From Candidatus Poribacteria bacterium (GTDB lineage: Bacteria > Poribacteria > WGA-4E > PCPOR2b), in contig OZ244042.1 in assembly GCA_965215015.1 (NCBI GenBank), forward strand, positions 4,256,001-4,320,000: 64,000 nt of DNA, read 5' to 3'. Under the pieces are notes generated by a model. It worked only from the letters and a program-made list of their open reading frames with translations, had not been told where the DNA came from and searched no databases. Of this stretch, positions 30,769 to 41,062 are shown one piece after another (position 1 is the first letter of the stretch; the number at the start of each line of letters is the position of its first letter). Position numbers and translations under genes: made by a program.

Positions 30769-32160
30769 TTGAACGAATCAAAATCCCACAAAGATCTGAT
30801 TATCAGTGTCTCCGGTGTTAGAGGAACGGTTGGCGAGGCATTGGATCCGAACCTATTAACTCGGTTTGCTGCCGCATTCGGAACGTTGGTTAAAGGGCAA
30901 ACCGTCGTGGTTGGAAGAGATACGCGGACATCAGGGCCGATGGTACATCATGCGGTCCTCGCCGGGCTCGTTGCGACTGGCTGCACAGTGATTGATGTGG
31001 GAGTTTGTCCAACACCGACAGCTTTGTTCATGTCAAAAGATTTAAATGCAGATGGGAGCCTTGTGATTACGGCAAGCCACAATCCGATTAATTGGAATGG
31101 CATCGAATTTGCGTCTGAATCCGGCAGACTCTTGAGTGAAGCAGAGCGCACCCGTCTGATGAGGATTTACGAGTCCGGGGATTTCAATCTAGTCCCTTGG
31201 GATCAACAGGGAACTGTCGAAATAATCGACACTGCTATTGATCAACATATCGCTGGTGTACTCAATTGCGATTGGGTTGTACGGAATCAAACACACTCCC
31301 AGGCATTAAAGGTAGTCATTGATTGCGGAAACGGTGCGGGCAGTGTGATTAGTCCTCGCTTGTTGAGGGCGTTGGGTTGTGAAGTCGTTGAACTGAGCTG
31401 CGTTCCCAATGGCTATTTTCCTCGGTCTGCAGAACCAACGCCAGACACGTTAGATCAACTTTGCGAAGTCGTCAAATCGGAAAGCGCAGCCCTCGGCTTC
31501 GCACATGACGGTGATGCAGACCGGCTGGTACTTGTCTCTGAGGAGGGGGTACCATTGAGCAGTGAATACACCTTCACCCTCGCAGCAGAATTTTTACTGA
31601 ATAAGCAAAAGGGAGATATTGTCGCTACTGTATCGACCACTCGTATGCTAGATGATGTAGCAGACCGGCACGGCGTAAAACTTTACCGGACGCCAGTAGG
31701 TGTTGGGTTCGTCGTCGAGAAGATGCGAGAAATAGGGGCAGTCATCGGCGGTGAAGGAACAGGCGGCGTGATTTACCCAGAACTTCAATACACGACCGAC
31801 GGGATTGCGTCCATAGCTGCAATTGTTCAACTTCTCGCTGAATCAAGTGCCTCAACGATCTCAGAGGTGGTCGCTTCCATCCCAAGTTATGCGATATGTA
31901 AGGAAAAGTTGGAAGTGCCCTCTCAACAAGTGGCTGATGCGGTGCTTCAACTTGCAATTGAAACTTATTCAGATGAGACACTCGATCTGGCTGATGGGAT
32001 AAAACGGGTTTGGGAAGACCGATGGGTCAATATTCGGAAGTCTGGCACAGAACCAGTTATTCGTGTTTTTAGCGAAGCACAGACCTCTGAAGAGGCGCAA
32101 GATCTTTGCGATTCAACGCTTGACACGCTAAAATCTTTGATAGAGCAGGTCTCCAACTAG
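30769..32160 (+). CDS. glmM: Phosphoglucosamine mutase / alpha-phosphohexomutase
   Basis: SGVRG, ITASHNP, DGDADR, GGEG and RKSGTEP motifs; TTG start after AGGAG. The glmM assignment rests on linkage to glmS. Confidence 0.8.
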   Translation: MNESKSHKDLIISVSGVRGTVGEALDPNLLTRFAAAFGTLVKGQTVVVGRDTRTSGPMVHHAVLAGLVATGCTVIDVGVCPTPTALFMSKDLNADGSLVITASHNPINWNGIEFASESGRLLSEAERTRLMRIYESGDFNLVPWDQQGTVEIIDTAIDQHIAGVLNCDWVVRNQTHSQALKVVIDCGNGAGSVISPRLLRALGCEVVELSCVPNGYFPRSAEPTPDTLDQLCEVVKSESAALGFAHDGDADRLVLVSEEGVPLSSEYTFTLAAEFLLNKQKGDIVATVSTTRMLDDVADRHGVKLYRTPVGVGFVVEKMREIGAVIGGEGTGGVIYPELQYTTDGIASIAAIVQLLAESSASTISEVVASIPSYAICKEKLEVPSQQVADAVLQLAIETYSDETLDLADGIKRVWEDRWVNIRKSGTEPVIRVFSEAQTSEEAQDLCDSTLDTLKSLIEQVSN

Positions 32161-32197
32161 AGTGTATAGATAGCTAGTGACACCCAATACCACTGCC

Positions 32198-32277
32198 GTA
32201 GGTCGGGCATCTTGCCCGACTCTACTGCCCGGTTTAATGCCGGCAGGAAGCCTGTAGGTCGAGATTCATATCTCGAC
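32198..32277. repeat. Pair of GTAG-type REP-like palindromes
   Basis: GTAGGTCGGGCATCTTGCCCGAC and GTAGGTCGAGATTCATATCTCGAC. Relatives at 1163, 15476, 35945, 37485, 37572 and 43651. Confidence 0.7.
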
Positions 32278-32401
32278 ACCCAAATGTCAACAGAACCTAA
32301 CTGCCAAATCCCCTTTCTTGATTGTAAGGAGTTCCACGCACCACGATTTTTCTTGAAACGCAAATGTACCCCCAGCGTCAATTTTAATAGATTCCTGTGT
32401 T

Positions 32402-32578
32402 GGCTCATGTTAAGAAAGCGTCCGTGCAACAGAAACCGTAGGAAACAACGATTGTTGTTCCTTACGGTTGTCTTTTTTGATTTTCGTAGATTAGGCTTTC
32501 TAGCCCAATAGCACCAATGAACAAATAGTTTTCACGTTTCACGCTTTTTGCGTTTTGTACTTTCTTCTGACATGAGCC
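32402..32578. mobile_element. MITE-like element, family 2
   Basis: Ends GGCTCATGTTAAGAAAG...CTTTCTTCTGACATGAGCC; GTAG palindromes inside. Confidence 0.6.
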
Positions 32579-32600
32579 CCTGTATTTATGGAGGTTTGTC

Positions 32601-33854
32601 ATGCTAGATGCACTAAAACTTGTCTGTATAGGTGGCGGTACAGGCTTATCTTCCCTATTAAGCGGAATTAGACAACACACAAGCAACAGACGCGCTGGTT
32701 CCGAAATTATTGATATGGATAATCTGGCAGCGATTGTTTCTGTGTCTGATGACGGCGGCAGCTCTGGGCGATTGGTTGAAGAGTTCGATGTGATTCCACC
32801 GGGTGACATTCGTAAGCTACTGGTCGCCCTATCCAATGACGACGAGTTGTTAGCCAAACTGTTTGAATATCGCTTTTCAAGTGACGGCGATCTTGGAGGA
32901 CATACAGTTGGAAATCTCCTCCTTATTGCGCTCACTGAGTTAAATAACGGTAGCTTCCCAAAAGCCATCCAAGAAGCGTCTACATTGCTCTCCACGCGAG
33001 GCAGGATTATACCGGTCAGCCTCGATGGAACTATACTGTGCGCTGAACTGGTTGATGGTGATGTTGTGTCCGGTGAGTCTAATATCCCGGGACGAGCCAA
33101 CGGAAAACCGATTGAGCGTATCTTTCTGAAACCGCGTGATAACGGCAAACAGCATCACGAACCTTATGAATGTGCTGCACACACGGAGGCTGTGGACACT
33201 ATCGCCAATGCAGATGTCATCATCATCGGTCCCGGAAGTTTATACACCAGCATTATGCCTAACCTTGTGATTAAGGAAATCGCCGAAACAATCCAAGCTT
33301 CGGATGCAATGAAAATCTATATCTGCAACGTGATGTCACAACCCGGCGAAACAGATGGATACTCTGTTACCGACCATGTCGAAGCCATTCTGGCTCACAC
33401 CCCCGGAATATCGTTAGATTATGTTGTCCTTAATAATCAGCCAGCACCGGAAAAAATTATCGAAAGATATAGACAGAAAGAACTTTCAGGTTTATTTGCA
33501 CAAATTAAGATGTACACGGAAGAAATGCTCTCCATACTTGAAACGAAACAGGTCGAAGATTTTGCCGGAGGGCAAACAATGGATTCCGTGTTACATTTCA
33601 CGGAGAATATCTCTCAGCTCACCAACGAGACGAAGCAGATGGCAGGACCAGCGAATGTACAAATCTTCTATAATCCGGCACGCGATAATCTCGGCGATAT
33701 GCGGATTGTAGAAGCGGAGCTCATACGCGATACCACTGAGGTCATTGACAGTGGTGGCCCACAAACCGTGATCCGCCACCATCCCGAAAAACTTGCACAA
33801 ACACTGGTCAAGGTACTGAGCGAACATCCAAAGTTACACGAATCCATTTCATAG
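32601..33854 (+). CDS. yvcK: YvcK/GlmR (CofD-like) family protein with C-terminal insertion
   Basis: GGGTGLS, DDGGSSGRL, PPGDIR, GHTVGNL, GPGSLYTS, NVMSQPGET and RHHPEKLA motifs. Confidence 0.9.
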   Translation: MLDALKLVCIGGGTGLSSLLSGIRQHTSNRRAGSEIIDMDNLAAIVSVSDDGGSSGRLVEEFDVIPPGDIRKLLVALSNDDELLAKLFEYRFSSDGDLGGHTVGNLLLIALTELNNGSFPKAIQEASTLLSTRGRIIPVSLDGTILCAELVDGDVVSGESNIPGRANGKPIERIFLKPRDNGKQHHEPYECAAHTEAVDTIANADVIIIGPGSLYTSIMPNLVIKEIAETIQASDAMKIYICNVMSQPGETDGYSVTDHVEAILAHTPGISLDYVVLNNQPAPEKIIERYRQKELSGLFAQIKMYTEEMLSILETKQVEDFAGGQTMDSVLHFTENISQLTNETKQMAGPANVQIFYNPARDNLGDMRIVEAELIRDTTEVIDSGGPQTVIRHHPEKLAQTLVKVLSEHPKLHESIS

Positions 33855-33997
33855 CGAAGGCACCCGTTTCTACCTCTACGCCATTAATGAACTAATCAAC
33901 TAATGAACTTATGTTTTTCACGTTTCACGCCCTTATCATTTAGCACTTGCTTTTGACATGAGTCAACCTGAATAAAGGAATTGAGAAAGGACAAACC

Positions 33998-35821
33998 ATG
34001 TGTGGGATTGTCGGATACATCGGAGATAAATACGCTGACTCTGTTTTGTGGACAGGATTGGAACGACTTCAGTACCGGGGATATGATTCAGCGGGTATGG
34101 CTGTCATCAGTGATGGTGAGTTAGATCTACGGAAGCGGTCGGGAAAACTGCGTGAACTAGACGAAAGCCTCCGTCAGAATCCGATGCGGGGTACAATTGG
34201 TATCGGGCATACTCGATGGGCGACACACGGGGAGCCGAACGAACGCAATGCCCATCCGCATACCGACGAGGGCAAAATCTTGGCGGTTGTACATAATGGA
34301 ATCATTGAAAACTATCTCCCACTCAAACGGGAGCTGCAAGGGCGAGGACACCTCTTTGAATCGGATACCGATACAGAAGTGCTGGCACACCTTGTTGAGG
34401 AAGCGACGGTGGAAGATTTCATCGATGCTGTTTGCAACGCACTACAGCGGGTGGACGGAACATTTTCAGCCGCTTTTATTCACCAACATTTTCCAGATTA
34501 CATTGTGGTTGCACGACGCGGCAGCCCGCTTATCTTGGGACTCGGAGAGGGAGAGAACTTCGTCGCCTCGGATGTGCCAGCGTTGCTGCCACACACCCAA
34601 CGGATGGTCTATCTTGAAGATGATGAGGTCGCGGTACTTACGCGGGAACAGGTCAAAGTTCAAACTATGGAGGGGCAGCAAGTTGAACCTCGCATCCATC
34701 AGCTTGGCTTGAGTCCTGACGTTGCTGATAAAGGCGATCATCGACACTTTATGCTCAAGGAGATTCGGGAGCAGCCAAATGTCTTACGACGCTTATACAA
34801 TATCTATGTCACCGATGAGATGGAGATTCATTTCGGGGAATTGGGATTGAACGATGAGTTTCTCGCCCGAGTGAATCGGATCGTTATCCAAGCGTGCGGC
34901 ACATCGTGGCACGCCGGGTTGATCGGTAAGTACCTGCTGGAACAGTATGCTTACATCCACACCGAAGTGGACATCTCCTCAGAATTTCGTTACCGTAACC
35001 CCGTTTTGGAGGGAGATACACTAGTCATCGCTATTTCCCAATCCGGTGAGACAGCTGATACGCTTGAGGGATTGCGTAAGGCAAAAAGCAAATTCATGCG
35101 CGTGTTAGCCTTATGCAACGAGATAAACAGCACCATTGCGCGGGAGGCAGATGCGGTCATCGAACTTCACGCCGGACTAGAGATTGGGGTCGCTTCTACT
35201 AAGGCCTACACCGCACAGATTGCAGTGCTTGGGCTACTTGCGACGTACCTCGGCAAGCTAAAGGGGATATTAACCTCGAAAGATATTCAGGAATTTCTCC
35301 AGAACCTTAAAAAGGCACCGGCCCTGATGGAGCGAGCCATCGAGTTGGAACAACTTTCTGCTTGTGCGGAGAAATATAGCGAGGTCGGGGCATTCATGTT
35401 TATTGGGCGAAGCTACAATTATCCCAACGCTTTGGAAGGGGCACTCAAACTTAAGGAAATCTCATACATCCATGCAGTAGGACATCCAGCGGGTGAATTA
35501 AAACACGGTCCCATCGCTCTGATTAACGAAGATGTGCCGGTCGTGTGCATCGCCACCAATAGCAGCATCTACCCTAAAATTGTGAGCACTATCCAAGAAA
35601 TTCGCGCCCGCGACGGAATTGTCATCGCTATTGCAACTGAGGGAAATATAGAAATCCAAGAGTATGCCCAAGAGGTGCTCTACATCCCAGATATTGCAGA
35701 GGAGCTTTCCCCATTACTTGTTGTCATCCCGCTCCAACTACTCGCCTACTACACCGCTGTACATCGAGGCTGCGATGTAGACCAACCTCGAAACCTCGCA
35801 AAAAGCGTCACCGTTGAGTAA
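33998..35821 (+). CDS. glmS: Glutamine--fructose-6-phosphate aminotransferase
   Basis: MCGIVG, GHTRWATHG, SQSGETAD and PRNLAKSVTVE motifs. Confidence 0.98.
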   Translation: MCGIVGYIGDKYADSVLWTGLERLQYRGYDSAGMAVISDGELDLRKRSGKLRELDESLRQNPMRGTIGIGHTRWATHGEPNERNAHPHTDEGKILAVVHNGIIENYLPLKRELQGRGHLFESDTDTEVLAHLVEEATVEDFIDAVCNALQRVDGTFSAAFIHQHFPDYIVVARRGSPLILGLGEGENFVASDVPALLPHTQRMVYLEDDEVAVLTREQVKVQTMEGQQVEPRIHQLGLSPDVADKGDHRHFMLKEIREQPNVLRRLYNIYVTDEMEIHFGELGLNDEFLARVNRIVIQACGTSWHAGLIGKYLLEQYAYIHTEVDISSEFRYRNPVLEGDTLVIAISQSGETADTLEGLRKAKSKFMRVLALCNEINSTIAREADAVIELHAGLEIGVASTKAYTAQIAVLGLLATYLGKLKGILTSKDIQEFLQNLKKAPALMERAIELEQLSACAEKYSEVGAFMFIGRSYNYPNALEGALKLKEISYIHAVGHPAGELKHGPIALINEDVPVVCIATNSSIYPKIVSTIQEIRARDGIVIAIATEGNIEIQEYAQEVLYIPDIAEELSPLLVVIPLQLLAYYTAVHRGCDVDQPRNLAKSVTVE

Positions 35822-36035
35822 TGTAGGTTGGGTTGAACGGTTAAAAGCAGATTTCTATCAAGCACAATAGACATCTACCTATCAACAACACCCGCTGAGA
35901 GATAGATAGGGTGAAACCCAACTGTAAAAGGACTCCAGTATTTTTTCGAGCTATGAATCTCGACCTACGGGTTGAGACCCATACCCGTGAATTACGTATG
36001 CTCACCCGACCTCGCGACAATCCGCTGGGACCGCT

Positions 36036-36434
36036 TTAGCGAAGGGCGTTCCACGGTGCTTCGTCGGCGACATCGACTAATTGATAGCCTTCATCACTGA
36101 CACACGGTCCCAAAATCGCAAGCAGCTTCGCAGGAGCGGAGGAGGTGTTGAACGAAGCGTGTACCACGTCAGCAGGTATAAACACCGAGTCGCCTGAGTT
36201 TAGCATCTGTTTTTCGTCCCGCAGCCACTGCTCTACTGTCCCTTCAATGACGTAAATCACCTCTTCCTGTTCCGGATGCTTGTGAAAGTTGTGTCCACCA
36301 CCGGGCGATAAGCTCACTTCGATGACCACCAAATCCTTCGCGTCTGTTGTTTCGGGACGACTCAACCACGCCAAAGCCCCCCAATCCAGTTGTTCGCGAT
36401 CTGCTTCCGCTGCAGGAATAAATTTTCCACTCAT
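36036..36434 (-). CDS. Cupin-domain protein
   Basis: HNFHKHPEQEEVIYVIEG and GDSVFIPADVVH motifs. Confidence 0.9.
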   Translation of the reverse strand: MSGKFIPAAEADREQLDWGALAWLSRPETTDAKDLVVIEVSLSPGGGHNFHKHPEQEEVIYVIEGTVEQWLRDEKQMLNSGDSVFIPADVVHASFNTSSAPAKLLAILGPCVSDEGYQLVDVADEAPWNALR

Positions 36435-36596
36435 AATTAATTTTTCCTTCAGATTATGTTAAAATAATGCGTGATACCTAATGTATAATAAGAGACGCTG
36501 ACTCTTATGTATTACACATTACGTATTATTCTACATTATAGCACTCTTACCGTATCCGTGTCTATAGTTTAATTACCAAAAGAAAGGAAGGTCCAC

Positions 36597-37400
36597 ATGA
36601 CCGATAACGAAAAATTTCTATTCGACCTTTGGGGTTACGTCGTGGTTGAGGATGTGCTTACACCGGACGAAGTGGCGTTGGCAAACGAAGCGGTTAACCG
36701 CCACACACATCTCATTGCTAACCGTGATCCAGGGTTATCCCACGGGTCTAACCAGTTGGAAGGGGCTACCGGCCGCGGCGAATTTCATCAAAATCCATTG
36801 ACCTTTGACCGACCGTGGTGCGAGCCGTTTCGACGGATGCTGACCCATCCGCGGGTTGTTGACATCTTCAACGAGATATTGGGACCTGGCTTTCGGCTAG
36901 ACCACGGTCCGGGGCTTATTCAGATGGTCAAGGGAACGGAAGGGCATTGGCTGCACGGTGGGATGACGTTCGATCCAAGCCAATATCACCGATTTGAGCA
37001 TGGGCGGATGCAATGTGGACTCTGTGTCGCTGCGTGGCAGCTGACGGAGGTCCGCGAAGGGGACGGTGGATTTGCATGTGTGCCGGGCAGCCACAAATCG
37101 AATTACCGTCCACCTCAACATGTTCTATCCACAGAGGATGGGATGGGTTGTATCCGACAGGTTGTCGCGGGGCCCGGTTCCGTTGTTATCTTCAACGAAG
37201 CACTAGTGCACGGCACACTCCCTTGGCAGCCCACTGACCGTGAACGTCGCTCGATCCTGTTCAAGTGCTCGCCCGGATTCCTATCGTGGGGTTCACCGCA
37301 CGCTGAATGCCCCATCCCCGATCCAACGCCGGAGGAATTGGCAATTTACGAACCGCCACACCGCACCGGACGCACCACGTTGGGTGAGGATAGTAATTGA
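36597..37400 (+). CDS. Phytanoyl-CoA dioxygenase (PhyH)-family protein
   Basis: FDLWGYVV, LHGG, VPGSHK and ALVHGT motifs. Confidence 0.88.
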   Translation: MTDNEKFLFDLWGYVVVEDVLTPDEVALANEAVNRHTHLIANRDPGLSHGSNQLEGATGRGEFHQNPLTFDRPWCEPFRRMLTHPRVVDIFNEILGPGFRLDHGPGLIQMVKGTEGHWLHGGMTFDPSQYHRFEHGRMQCGLCVAAWQLTEVREGDGGFACVPGSHKSNYRPPQHVLSTEDGMGCIRQVVAGPGSVVIFNEALVHGTLPWQPTDRERRSILFKCSPGFLSWGSPHAECPIPDPTPEELAIYEPPHRTGRTTLGEDSN

Positions 37401-37453
37401 ATGCGTGATACGTAATGCGTAAACGTTCAGGGATTCATTGGTTTATTAATTCT

Positions 37454-37616
37454 AGGATTTACGCAGTTGAATACTCGAAGCCTTGTAGTTCGGCGATGAA
37501 TCGCCGAACTACACAACTCCCGACGCCCGATGAATTGGGCAACGACAGTAAGAACTCCATTAAGGAGGCTCGTAGGGAACACCGATCGGTGCTCCCTACT
37601 GAAGTGCATAACTCTT
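37454..37616. mobile_element. MITE-like element, family 1, copy B
   Basis: Ends AGGATTTACGCA...TGCATAACTCTT; two GTAG...CTAC palindromes inside. Confidence 0.65.
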
Positions 37617-37833
37617 ATATCTATTGGGGTCAGATGTTTTTGTTACCTTGAGACTCTGCTTTGTTTTTCGCGAAGTTGTTTTGGTATTCTTCCGCTCTTC
37701 GAGAGTATCTGCGGGATATAGCCGTGAGCTTAGAGTAAGGCACGCCCCATATCAAAGTTAGCACCGAAAAACAGCACTGCAACGAGTACGGCGTCATAGC
37801 TTCGGCGTCGAGCATCTGAGTTTGTGAGGCCGT

Positions 37834-40401
37834 CTAAGTGCTTGGCACACAGATAAGCGCATTGAACAGCAACTTGAACGTTCCATACGTCTGCGCTCGA
37901 TGCTGTGGTCTGAAGCCGAAAAGGACAACCGAACCTTCGCCGTACCCCGCTGAAATCATACCAGCCGTCCCTGCTATCTGGTCTTCACCAACAAGCCATC
38001 CACTCTGTAAAACCTCTCTCTCAGGGTACTGGACGAGAATCTCGCATCTCTCATTAGAAAAAGAGGGTTGGATGCGGAAGGTGGGACCGCTCCAGAAGAA
38101 GATAAGTGCCTCGTGGGGCATACCGTAGGTGAGCCGATGTGTTGTGTCGATATTCGCGTGTAGAGTGGAGCCGGGGCAGAAGAATTCCTTCGCGGACTTA
38201 CCTGCGAGGACGTTTTGCACCGGCAAATCCAACTTCTCGATGGCGAAGTTACAGGCTTGGTTGAGTGTTACCAAAGTGCCGCCGCTTTCGACGAACACTT
38301 TTATCGCTTCGACACCTTCCTCACCGATTCCGCTTCGATACTCCGGTGGGGCAGGGTTTTCTCTAAGTCGATTCTCTACATTGTCGCCGATGATCAGGTC
38401 GGTGGAGTCATCGGGGAGTATGAGAACATCAATACGCTCGTTCAAATTGCCGGCTTTAATTTCTGCATCTCTCAATGTCTGGTACGGGAATCCGAACTGT
38501 TCCAAGACTAACCGCGTCCAACCTTCATCCATGTTACCGCCCCAGTATCGCTGGTACATGCCGATCCGCGCTCGCCGGACTTCACGCTGTTCCGTCTCCA
38601 ACGCCCCTTCAAGCGCGTAGAAGGTAACGCCACAATCATGGGCAATCTCTGTGAGTAGATTTTCAGACTCCGTGGCAGCCACAAACGCGCCCGCCGGAAA
38701 TTCTTCACTCCTCACCGATACCCTCTCGTGAAAACGTGTCACACGAACCCCCTGATCGAACAACCGATTGAGAGCTTTGAAACTGTCGTTGAGTCTACCG
38801 CTAAAAAGATAACCGATCTGTGAGGTGCCGACCACTCCTCCGACAAGGGGTTCGGGCTCCGTAACAGCCTCAAAACTTCCTCCGACATTCCCCTGTACCG
38901 GTACGGTATCAACCCCCATGAACTCCGTCATAGTGTCTGTTGCGGCATCATAGGGACGTTGAGGTGTCCCATCTGGTTGCCGCGTCCAAGCGTCGTCCGG
39001 ATATAGTGTCTGTCCCAGCAGCGTCTTAATGACCCCCATCTTCGGTTGATTGAGAGGGATGCAGTAGGTCCCCGCTGGGTAGTTTGACCCTTTGACGGTA
39101 AAATCTTGGACAGCTTTCTGGATGTCTATCCCCTGAACCAGCAGCTTATTAATTGTTCTTAGGACGGTCTGCGGATCGTGTTGATCCGGGCGGATGAGGT
39201 ATGCGGTAGGTGTGCCGGACGCGCCGAGTGCAGTCTGTCGCTTTGCCTTCAGATACGCATTCCGTAGAATCGTATCCTTATTCCGTGCCGCCATATCAAG
39301 TAGACCCCACGCCGAAATTCTTTGCTGCTCCACGATGTCGCGAACCCTCCACCAACCCCCTTCCCACGGATGGGGAAAGTTGGTCTGAGGTTTATAGTGC
39401 GGAAATGCTCTCAACGTGTTACCGCCCTCGTCTAGCTGTTGTTTCCTGTCATCCTCGCCCTTCAATTGGCTCTTGTGGATGTACATCGGGGTCGCCAACT
39501 TCGCATGTGCTGACTCCGTCAACATGCTGGCAATGTTGTGATAGTTCCCCATCCAGTGGAAACCGAGGTGGCTCCATGCCGGGAACAAGGAAGCATTGAG
39601 GACGCCAGTCTTACCCGCTTCCTCTAACTTATATGCCATGTGCGCCCCGTACCAGCTAATCTCCCGCCACACCAATGGATCGCCGTGCGGATGAAGCGGC
39701 TCTGAATAGGGACACACCCATAGGCGTGCTCCGTAGCAGCCCATCTCGTGATGGTCTTGGTAAGCGTGGGGTTGCCACTCTTTATACATGATCTGCGCCA
39801 TATATTGGGACTCAACCAGGTTAAACATGAAAGCGTCGCGATTGTTGTCATGCCCGGCATACTTGTGATACAACCACGGCGGCGTACTGCCTTCGTATTC
39901 CGTACCGAGGTATTCGTTGTACCAGTCGGTTACCATAATCTGCCCATCCGGGTTAAAGCACGGTACCATCAGCGAGATGACATTATCCAGAATGCGCGTC
40001 GCTTCTTCATCGGTCCGCGTGATCTGATCATAAGCCAACTCCGATACCATCTGCGTACTGCCAATCTCCGTCGCATGCAGCCCCATTGATTGGAGGATAA
40101 TCGCCTTCCCCTCACCTATGAACGAGTTTATGACCCTCTCCGATATCCCGCGTGGATCCTTAATCTGCGCGTTCACCTTGCGAAGATGTGCCAAATTCGC
40201 CAGATTCTCCGGTGAAGAGATAATCACAAGGAGAAACGGGTGTCCCTCTGTGGAGGGGCCCAGATCAATGACTTGAACCTTATCGCTCTGCTCCTCCAAT
40301 AACCGGAAGTAATCGACAATCTGATTCCACCGTGCCATCTTCCGATCGCTTCCAAGCTGGAAACCAAAAAATGCTTCGGGGGACATTATTTGTTGGTTCA
40401 T
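37834..40401 (-). CDS. M14 zinc carboxypeptidase with C-terminal GATase-like domain
   Basis: HATE, NPDG, DNNRD and DHHEMG motifs; 855 aa; no signal peptide. Confidence 0.88.
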   Translation of the reverse strand: MNQQIMSPEAFFGFQLGSDRKMARWNQIVDYFRLLEEQSDKVQVIDLGPSTEGHPFLLVIISSPENLANLAHLRKVNAQIKDPRGISERVINSFIGEGKAIILQSMGLHATEIGSTQMVSELAYDQITRTDEEATRILDNVISLMVPCFNPDGQIMVTDWYNEYLGTEYEGSTPPWLYHKYAGHDNNRDAFMFNLVESQYMAQIMYKEWQPHAYQDHHEMGCYGARLWVCPYSEPLHPHGDPLVWREISWYGAHMAYKLEEAGKTGVLNASLFPAWSHLGFHWMGNYHNIASMLTESAHAKLATPMYIHKSQLKGEDDRKQQLDEGGNTLRAFPHYKPQTNFPHPWEGGWWRVRDIVEQQRISAWGLLDMAARNKDTILRNAYLKAKRQTALGASGTPTAYLIRPDQHDPQTVLRTINKLLVQGIDIQKAVQDFTVKGSNYPAGTYCIPLNQPKMGVIKTLLGQTLYPDDAWTRQPDGTPQRPYDAATDTMTEFMGVDTVPVQGNVGGSFEAVTEPEPLVGGVVGTSQIGYLFSGRLNDSFKALNRLFDQGVRVTRFHERVSVRSEEFPAGAFVAATESENLLTEIAHDCGVTFYALEGALETEQREVRRARIGMYQRYWGGNMDEGWTRLVLEQFGFPYQTLRDAEIKAGNLNERIDVLILPDDSTDLIIGDNVENRLRENPAPPEYRSGIGEEGVEAIKVFVESGGTLVTLNQACNFAIEKLDLPVQNVLAGKSAKEFFCPGSTLHANIDTTHRLTYGMPHEALIFFWSGPTFRIQPSFSNERCEILVQYPEREVLQSGWLVGEDQIAGTAGMISAGYGEGSVVLFGFRPQHRAQTYGTFKLLFNALICVPST

Positions 40402-41062
40402 AGTTATCTCCTGATAAGTAACAGGTTTTCGTGATCTTTATATTCATACCATTGGAACGTGAATCCTTGCGTTTCGAGTTGGTTTTGGCAACGTTTTATA
40501 TCTTCACTAAACTAGAGCTGGGATAGGTCATTTCGCAAGAGCATTCCATAGCCAAGCGATTTATAATCGTAGTAGAATAAAAAACGGTAAGGATTGCTAT
40601 CTATATAAATACAATTCAAGAGAGAAAAGGACAGTCCGTAAGGTTTAAAAACAACCGTCCTTTTGACCAATTTCTTCATAGCTCTCTCAATTGATTTTAA
40701 CAAGGCTTGGCCGATTCCACGACGCTACTGGGAGGAAGAAACAGCTAAACCCGCTGTCCGCCTTCCCTATCATCTTCCGTTGTGCAACTATGGGCAAGCC
40801 CAACTAGCTAATTATGGTCAATTGCCACAAAGGAAGCATTGGAAAGGAAGGCTTTTGAATTGACAAGATGCGATAATCTGTCATTGGAGAACTTTTTCTC
40901 CCAAATTCCTTGCCCCACTTCGATAGCTGAATTCTATAGCGAAACCACATCTGAGATATGACATGTCTCAAATGGTACAGTCCTCATGTCTGGAAGTCTC
41001 CTTCACACTTTGCTAATAGCGGAAGAATTCCGTGGCTTAAACCGCTTTTCATATCTCACACT

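Noticed and set aside
33855-33997. glmS ribozyme upstream of glmS
   Set aside because: No recognisable ribozyme core; the space is filled by short repeats and a MITE-like end.
40402-41062. Small genes in a 660-bp intergenic gap
   Set aside because: Short ORFs lack RBSs and motifs; left unassigned.
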